The notes under the pieces were generated by a model, which was not told where the DNA came from, ran no database searches, and saw nothing but the letters and a program-made list of their open reading frames with translations. A program made the translations under genes and the position numbers. From the human T2T-CHM13v2.0 reference genome, Homo sapiens: a DNA stretch of 64,000 nucleotides. This document shows positions 55,419-64,000 of the stretch, one piece after another (positions within the stretch are counted from its first letter, which is position 1; each line of letters starts with the position of its first letter). The DNA lies in NCBI RefSeq assembly GCF_009914755.1, contig NC_060932.1. One strand, given 5' to 3'.

Positions 55419-56754
55419 TGATACCAGGAACCACTGGAGGAAATGGTGATAAGAGTGTAGAAAAAAACACCAACATTGAAGGGATACATAAAGGGCATAC
55501 ACAATAGAGATTGAAAAGTAACCAGGAAGGTAAGAGGAAAATGAAGAGAGTGCCATAGCATTATGGAATCCAAGGGAAGAGAGGCTTGAAGAAACTCTAC
55601 TGGAAGTGGTCAGTGGAGTAAAATTCTACCAAAGAGTCAATAAAGGTAAGGACTGTAAAGTGACATTGAATTCAGGGACAAGTTAGGATCAGTGACCCCT
55701 GAGACAAGCGTTTCATTAGAAGGGCAGGGATAAAAGCAAAATTATAACAGGTTGAGAGAAGTTGCCAGATATGGCTCACTATTTAATATGCAAATACTTC
55801 TCATTAAAAACACTGCAGGGCAGGAGCATGAGAACAAAGTTAAAAGAGTATTCTGACGATTGAAATTTGAGTTTGCCTCATGCCATGGTTTGAAGTATAA
55901 CAAAAAGACCTTCAGGGTCTGAATTTGGATGCTCCATTCTAGTTCTTTATCGTGCATTGTCAGACACTGCTGAAGGAAAGGGAAAATAATAATCCTAAAG
56001 TCATTTCCTATAGAGGAGACTTCTTGAATACACCATCCAAGTATAATGTGTTTATTCTGTTCTCAAGGCTTTTTGAAAAGGAATTAAACTCTATATAGCA
56101 TCAGTAGCAATTTTCTGCATTGCATGTGTATTCACTTGGAGAATTCATTTTCCCATTTACAGCATTATAAGGTCTCTATCGAGCAGGAATTCCGACAACA
56201 GTCTGCATCACTAGATCCCATTTCAGGGTCTTCTCAATGACTTTTGTGGATTTGAAAGCAGCCTTGCCTTCCCTTCACTATCAGAGAGAACACACAGATT
56301 TGGGATTGGTACTCAGGATTCATTTATCTTTGTGAGGACATTTTACATGATCTGTGTTAGGGCCTTTGCCCTCAAATGAAACAAGCTTTATTTGTCCGAA
56401 CACACATGCAGAGAAGCACACACTCCTATACACACATGCACATGCGTGCAGGGGCACACACCATTCAAAGCCTTTCACCTGGAAATAGCATTGAACAGAT
56501 AAGGGAAGTGAGGCACCAAATGAATCATTTTAGCCAAGACTGTACCATGACATCATTGATCAAACTAGAGCCAGGTCCCATTATGGCCTTCAAATAAAAG
56601 GCCAACACTGCCTTTTTAGCCAGGACTTTCCAGCTGTCATGGTAGTCTCCAATGTTCAGCATCATCTCAATGGGCTGACTTGCAGCGGGTGATTCTTATT
56701 GTGCCATCTCAAGTTTGAGAACTACTGCACTAATTCCTTCTTTTCACAGGGCCA

Positions 56755-57060
56755 TCTCTAGAGCCAGACTGGCTGGGTTCAAATCCCAGCTAGGCCACCT
56801 AGTAGCTATGGACAATTTACTTAATCTCTTTGTGCCTCAGTTTCCTGTTTTGTATAATGAGAACAACAGTATCACCTGGTAGGTAGAGGCAAGGACAACA
56901 GGAACTAACACATGTCAAGTATTTAGCACTGTGCATGGACCTTAACCATTGTCTTTCTGTTTCCCCTTCTACAACCAAGGGTAATAATGGTACCAACCTT
57001 AAAATGTGGTTAAGAGTCTGGCATGAGCTGATTAATTTAAGTGTTTAGTTGTCACTATTA
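56755..57060 (+). mobile_element. MIR (possibly two fragments)
   Basis: GAGCCAGACTGGCTGGGTTCAAATCCCAGCT..GTGCCTCAGTTTCCT. Confidence 0.8.
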
Positions 57061-57584
57061 AATATCTCACGTCATTCACTTTATATTCTAATCAAACTTG
57101 TTTAAAAAACCAGGCTAGCTCCTGGGCTTTGTCATCAAAAGTTGTGTGCATCTTCATGTGGGTCATTTTCACATGATTCCTTCCCAATTTATGTCACTGT
57201 CTTCATTTCTGAAGTTGTGTTTGTAACAACCCAAAATGTGTAACCCAACTCCACATGGAAAGGGGTTTCCTGTGTTGTGGGGAGTGGAAAACCTCTCAGG
57301 TGTTCAGAAGATGACTGGCGGCTCTCCACTTATGAAAATACATGAGGTGGATGAAATAACTAACTTCAGGGAAAAGGCCACAAGATTTACATCCATTCCA
57401 ACATTCATAGCCTTTATGAGACAAGTCACAAAAAAGGTGCACATATTCCCTACAGTAACCTTAGTGCCTCAGTTCAGCTATACAAAGTGGTAACTAGCTT
57501 TTATTCATATATATATATATATATGAGTAATATATAATATGATATATAGGGTTTATATATCCTATATATGTAAAAGATGTATAT

Positions 57585-57810
57585 AATCTATTATGTCTTG
57601 CAGTGTTCTGAGCAGTTTAGATAATTTAACCTCTACAACAACTTTATCATGTAGTACTAGGATTATCAGTATCCTCCTTTTATATATGAAGAAACTGAAG
57701 TGCAAAATGAGTAAGTAGCTCAAAGAAGATCAATCAGGTAATGAGAGGCAGTGCCAGGATTTGGACCCACATAGCCTGGAGCCAGAGGCTGCATACTTAA
57801 CTGTTACCTA
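57585..57810 (-). mobile_element. MIR
   Basis: ATGAAGAAACTGAAG..GCCAGGATTTGGACCCA..GCCAGAG. Confidence 0.7.
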
Positions 57811-58975
57811 TACCATCACTCAGTAATTAACACCTGAGATTATCCCAAGGGATGCTCAACCCAGGGCTTCATTTTACGGGCAAGGGAATAAATGTTTCGG
57901 AGAAAGATTTTTACCTTTGAGCAGCTTCACATACCTAGAAGCTTAGTTGTTGCTGTTTTGCTCAGAAATGCACCTCTGATCTGTGTGAGATAAAGCTTAG
58001 CAACAAAGCTAATTTAAGTACCAAAAGGTGAAAGGGGGTTTATCTTGAAAATGCACTCCAACATTTTCAGCAACCAGTTCTGTGAAGCAAGGCCAAACTC
58101 AGAGCTAAAGTGAATATAAGTAAAAAGATAAGTTATTTTATCTCTTCTATATAAAATATACAGTTTCTAAAGAAAAGGTGCCTTTTATGTAACATCAATA
58201 TTTCCAGGAGAACCCTGGGCAAGTTAGGGGCAGAGCATGATCGAACAGAGACACCTACTGGTGAGAGCAACTCTCACTTCATAGATTTCTATCATAATTT
58301 ATTTCAGGAACAATAATGATCTCATTATCATTTGAAATGTGTTGGATATGGACAGTATGGTTGTAAGATACAGAGTCTTCCCTTCAGGGGATTACATTTT
58401 TAAAAGAAAATATCATATGTATTCAACTATTTATGTAATAACTGAAGCACAGGATTGCTATTCTCCCTTATAGAAATACCAAGGTACTTTTGAGGGTACT
58501 GCAATAAGTAGCTGTACTTGGGTGAGGCAAATACCAGGCTAGGTGCAAGGTCCCTGGAGTCCTACATTCCTCTCATCTCAATCCACAGTGTCTGTTGATT
58601 GAACACTGGCATTCCGAGGATGGATGAGACAGAGGGCCACAATGCACTCTCAACTCAGAAGCCAGGAGCCAAGGGGCTGATCATTCTAAATGTCTCTGGT
58701 TGCCCTTGACAGACACTTCCCAGCCAGTCTGGAGTTCCAGGATCAGACCTGGTCTTATCAGATCAGATGTTCGTATCTCTTCTGCAGTACTCAGATGTTA
58801 CTTTGGTTCTCCAGATATGACACTTTTCAACAAACATTTCATGAATATATCATTGTTTGAATTCTCTCTTGTGACATGTCAGTTGGTTGATGTTGAGATT
58901 GTACTTTGAATATTGTACTTTCCTAAGTTTTGACTAGGAGAAAGAGTTCAGAAAGGAGAAATGGGGAAAAGGATG

Positions 58976-59328
58976 TGTCTTAGTACATTCAGGCTGCTGC
59001 AACAAATACCATATACTGAGTAACTTATAAATGACAGAAATTTATTTCTCACGGTTCTTGAGGCTAGGAAGTCCAAGATCAAGACACCAGCAGATTTAGT
59101 GTCTGGTGAGGGCTCATTTCTTTGTTTGTAGATGGTACCTTCTCACTGTGTCCTCACATGTGATCTCTCCTGGGCCTCTTTTATAAGGGTACTCATCCCA
59201 TTGATGTGGGCTCTACCTTCAAGACCTAATCACCTCCCAAAGCATTCCCCCATTCTAATACAGTCACCTTGGGGCTTATGATTGCAACATATGAATTTAG
59301 TGGGGACACAAACATCCAAACCATAGGA
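58976..59328 (-). mobile_element. MLT1A0-like MaLR solo LTR
   Basis: TGTCTTAGT..GCTGCT..GAAATTTATTTCTCAC..AAGTCCAAGATCAAG..GGGGACACAAACAT; 5-bp TSD GGATG at 58971-58975 and 59329-59333. Confidence 0.88.
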
Positions 59329-59913
59329 GGATGAAGGAAAATGAAATTTAGGAGAAAATAAAACTATATAGGGAGATGACAATATTACTTTTTTTGTTTT
59401 ATTAGTTAAAACACTTTGGATTCTCAGTTTAAACTTTCTAAACTTCCTAGCCATGCTTACTTATGATTGAAAACTCTTAATGGCTTTAGAAGAAATAGTT
59501 CTCAGTTGGGTTGTTTGAATGCAATAGTTTATGTGGTTTGGTTTTAGGTTCCATGCAGAATTTGGAGTTAAAGTAAGACAGTCTGCATATCTGAAAGTGC
59601 AACTGAATGACACAAAAGTGATTACACCTCAGATCTAAACAGGATACTTTGATCTAAGGGAGAAGACAGGATGAAAGAATTTAAAACAATTTAATGGACG
59701 ATACATTGGTGTTGAGAATTCAGCCAACTATTGAGATACAGACTTAATATTAAAAATAAATTCATGAATATCACTGATTAGAGTTTATTCATGAAGCACC
59801 TAAGTATAAGCATTGTGTTAGGTGTTGTAAAGTAAACAGATCTCAATCAGACATATCCTGACGATTGAGGAGTTGTAATCCAGCAGGAAAGATAAGATAA
59901 ATGACTAATCTTC

Positions 59914-60227
59914 TTTTTTTTTTTTTTTTGAGACAGAGTCTCATTCTGTCGTCCAGGCTGGAGTGCAGTGGCACGATCTTGGCTCACTACAACCTCCACC
60001 TCCTGTGTTGAAGTGATTCTCCTGCCTCAGCCTCCTGAGTAGCTGGGATTACAGGCATGCACCACCATGCCCGGCTAATTTTTTTTGTATTTTTATTAGA
60101 GACGGCGTTTCACCATGTTGGTCAGGCTGTTCTCAAACTCTTAACCTTGTGATCCGCCCCAAACTCCTGACTCCATGATCGGCCTCCCAAAGTGCTGGGA
60201 TTACAGGCATGAGCCACTGCGCCCAGC
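59914..60227 (-). mobile_element. AluSg-like element with small internal duplication
   Basis: Antisense dimer; degenerate TSD ATGACTAATCTT / ATAACTGATCTT; extra CAAACTCCTGACTCCATGATC. Confidence 0.92.
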
Positions 60228-60644
60228 ATAACTGATCTTTAAAACAATAGGAAGAAGCTGCAGGGAGAATGAAACAGATAAGGACAATGGAAAGCACCCT
60301 TCACTTTTTGAATTCCCTCTTCCTCCACATCCACTCTATCCCAAACAGAAAACAAGCAAGACTGGAGGCACTTGAACCAGTTAGAAGGCTAATCCTATTG
60401 TTTGGGAATGAGAAGTTAAGTTTCTTAATTAACATGGGAGGGGGAAGGAGGTAGGGATTGGGGAAAAAATTTGTAAAGGATGAATGAATCAAATTTAGGG
60501 AGTTCGATGTAGAGCTTATGGAAGAAGAGCTGAACATAAACATAGATACAGACATAGAATATTAGAACTGGGGGGGAAAACTTTAATTTCCAAGTGGAAA
60601 AATGAAATAAAGGCAGTATTTTTAACAGAAATAGAAAAATCTGC

Positions 60645-60988
<344 letters not shown>

Positions 60989-61277
60989 TCATGAGTTTCC
61001 TTTTTCAACTATTTGTAAGGCTAGAGGGACCAATTGATTTGTAAGTGAAAATATCACTGAAGAATTTGGAAATGTGGAACTGGTCTCAGGAGACCATTTC
61101 TAAGCCAGGAGATCCATGGAGTGGATCCAGGAGATCTTGGGAGCTCACTGATATCTTGTGCAAAAAATGATATTAATTTGTTTATATTAAGGGTTAATTT
61201 TAAATCACTTTTTCTCCCACATGCTTTTGGAAAAGGTTGGTTAAATATAAAAGATTATTGATTATAAGGGAGATTTT

Positions 61278-62121
61278 TGAGGCAGGATATTTCCCTGACC
61301 CCTTCGTGGGCAGGAACTGGAGTGCACAGATGCTGGAACTAGCCAGCCGCTTCACTGGTGGCAGGAGCAGACTCCACTTGCTTGGTCCCGCTGTGTTCCA
61401 CCCCCTCACGGGACGGGGAGCACAGATGAGAGGAGCCAGGGTGAGAGCTTTTAGGCACCAGCAGGAGCAAAACTCCATGGGGGCCCTGCAGCAGCATCTG
61501 AGGGTGGTGTCTGTAACCCCTGAAGCCCCAGAAGGAGTGCTACAGTGCTGTTTTAACTTTACTGTCTGTGGACAGCTTAAGTGTTAATAGCTCAGTGTAG
61601 GTTCAGCGTGACAGCCTTTTGCATCTGCACTCCTGGCACCCAAGTTCTTATCTGGCATCCAGGAGGAATGAGGTCACATGAATGAATTGAATGAAGATGG
61701 TAAATGTGGGAGATTTTATTGTTAATGAAAGTGGCTCTCAGCAGGAAGGGGAGCTAAAAAGGGGACAGAGCAGGAAGGTATTCTTCCCATGAAGTTTGGC
61801 CATCCCCAGCCACACTTCTCTCTAAAGCTACATCATCAAGTTGTCCCTCTGAAGTCAAGCTGCTTCTCTCCAGTGTCCAACCTTAGTCTCCAATGTCCAG
61901 CTGCTTCTCCTCTCTCTGTCAGCTGAGCCTGGCATTTTTATGGGCACAGGATGGGAGATGGGGCAGACCATGGGTGGTTTGAGAAAAGGCAACATTCGAG
62001 CTGGAAAACAGGGATGGAATTTATCATTTTGGGCCACAGTATCAGGCTTTTAGGCTTGAGGGTCCCTCACTGCAGACCCACCCTCTTCCACCCAGAATTT
62101 CCTTGCCTTCTGTCCCTATCA
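61278..62121 (-). mobile_element. ERV1 solo LTR (LTR1/LTR27/LTR28 group)
   Basis: Sense start TGATAGGGACAGAAGGCAAGGAAATTCTGGG, TG..CA termini, CATAAAA and AATAAA in sense orientation, 844 bp; flanks TTTT / GTTT. Confidence 0.82.
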
Positions 62122-64000
62122 GTTTCTAGACATAAACAACAGTAAATCATTAATCTGAGAAGGAAATCATTTCCTTGTGAGGCTTTTTCGATGAGTACTA
62201 AAGTTGAGAAATGATTTAAAGAGTGAATAAATCAAAGTGAAATAAACTCATGTACAGCAAAGAGAAACAAGGATCAAAAGGTTGAATTTAGCACCAAATA
62301 AACTTCCAGTGGAATGAGAAAGTAAATACTATAATCAGTTGACTAAAAGTAATCATTAATATGTGAGATATCACCCTTATTATAATGTTCAGATGTTTTA
62401 AAAAGGCAAAAAGAGACAATATGAATAATAGAGAATTTATGCTCTTATTAAATGAACATATGGTTATTTTATTGAAAATTAGAAAAAATTCCAGAGTTAA
62501 AAGCCTGAGACCTAGTCAGTAAATCAACTCCATTTAAAATACTCTTAATTGGCAATTGTATGTGACATGACATAGTATTTTGGTTTCAGTTCAAACAATT
62601 TGTATTCTGTCAATGGTGTTGAAATTGGGAAAGGAAAAAGATGGTTATATATAATTTAAGTGGTAAATTTTTAAAAGAATGGTGGTCCCTTATACCAAAA
62701 TATATTTTCCAGTAATATCAGCTTTACAACTAGGTATAATAGGTGAATGTTTTTGTGGTATAATTTAAAAGCCCCCACTAATCAAAAATATCTCCATTGC
62801 CTGAAATTGTACTGATGAAGATGGAATTCTACTGATGGGTCAAGATATAATCTGACTCTCATAGTGATATCAAGTTGGTAGAAAAGCAGGTGAAGGCAAT
62901 GGTTGCTTGGGCAGATATTTTGACAGGGAAGAGAAAGGACCCAAAGAGGTGTGAAAGGTGTAGAGAGAAGGGGAAGCAGGCTGAAGGGTATCCAAGGTAA
63001 ATAAAACTTGCCCCACAGTGTTTCCCAGGCTGATCAGGAATGCCAATATGCAAACAGGCAATTATATTCTTATTTTCAACCTACCTAGTCATGATTTTAC
63101 AGAGAGAAAATTAGTTCCTTTCAGCCTATTTCTACTGTGAATTTTGGTGTTCTTTATTTATCTGCCAAATCTGTGGTACCTGACAATCTCCCAACCATAT
63201 CATTAGGATGAGAACTTTAAAGCAAAAAGATCAAGCAGCATAAAAGTTGTGTCTTCTGTAGCAGTGCTAAGTCATCATCTGTCTGTGCTTTGTTCTCTTG
63301 TCTACTTAGACTTTCAGAAGCAAACACTATTTAAGCAATGAGAGAATGGGGTTGTGGGAATGACACTGGGCATATTTTTTATTATTATTATGTTAACTCC
63401 TTTATTTATGTAGAAAGCTTAGAATTTGTTTTGCTAAGCTTAATGTCTTAGAAAATAAGATAAAGAAAGCCTAAGGGCCACAGATAGTATTTGTTGGATT
63501 GCATTTGCATAAATAAAAATTTGATGAAAATAACACATATTCAATAGGCATTTAAGATAAGTACTCAGATCTGGGAAAATTCCTAAAATTCCCCTTTTTG
63601 AGGAATTCTAAACTAGTTTATAAATAATGTGGCAAAATGAATTTTGTATATTTTATTATGTTTATATAAATGATTCAAAAGCATAAAATATTACTCCAAT
63701 AGTAGGAGAAAATCAATGATTCAGTCTCTCCTGGTGCACAAAGCTTTCAGCCTCCTAGAGGCCATTTAATGTGGTGCAGCTGGCCAGTGGCAGCCAGGGC
63801 TCATTGGGTTGCAGTTTTATGTGCTATTGTAATATAATGTGTTTAGTCATGCCCTCTGCCTGTTTTAGGAGGTCAAATTTTAGATTCCCGGCATATACAA
63901 AACTAGTCTGGCATTTAGAAAACCTAGAAGTCTAAAAGACAACACTGTGCTCAGTGACCAACTCTGCAAACAACAGCTGTGGCCACAAATAAAATACCAT

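Larger units (their letters stand above)
54035..55760 (-). mobile_element. Long L2 fragment, interrupted ~55010-55345
   Basis: CAATATTTATTAAGCAC..; GGTAGTGGCA..GAGAGATATTTAAGAGG; GAATCAAGGATG; resumes CTGGAAATGTAGATTTGAG. Confidence 0.78.

Noticed and set aside
61200-62145. ORFs of 60-116 aa
   Set aside because: They lie mostly or wholly within the GC-richer ERV1 LTR, where stops are rarer; no gag, pol or env motifs.

Overview
This is primate (most likely human or ape) nuclear DNA, AT-rich and CpG-depleted, and reads as a large intron or intergenic stretch. A large share is interspersed repeat: about 18 Alu copies or monomers (FLAM/FRAM, AluJ, AluS, AluY), L1 fragments from L1ME to young L1PA, many L2/MIR relics, five solo LTRs or LTR fragments, and MER DNA-transposon fossils. 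I found no protein-coding exon, tRNA, rRNA or CRISPR array that I can support. The ORF track is explained by repeat-derived or chance frames. I see no evidence for a new biological system. The items most worth checking are a candidate minus-strand spliced non-coding transcript with a motif-rich promoter-like region (12.5-27.5 kb), a near-perfect 87-bp tandem duplication, a twin-primed 5'-inverted L1, a 43-bp L1 micro-insertion with TSD, a chimeric Alu monomer and close inverted Alu pairs. Repeat subfamily names come from my recall of consensus sequences, not from a database search. Boundaries of old repeats are approximate.
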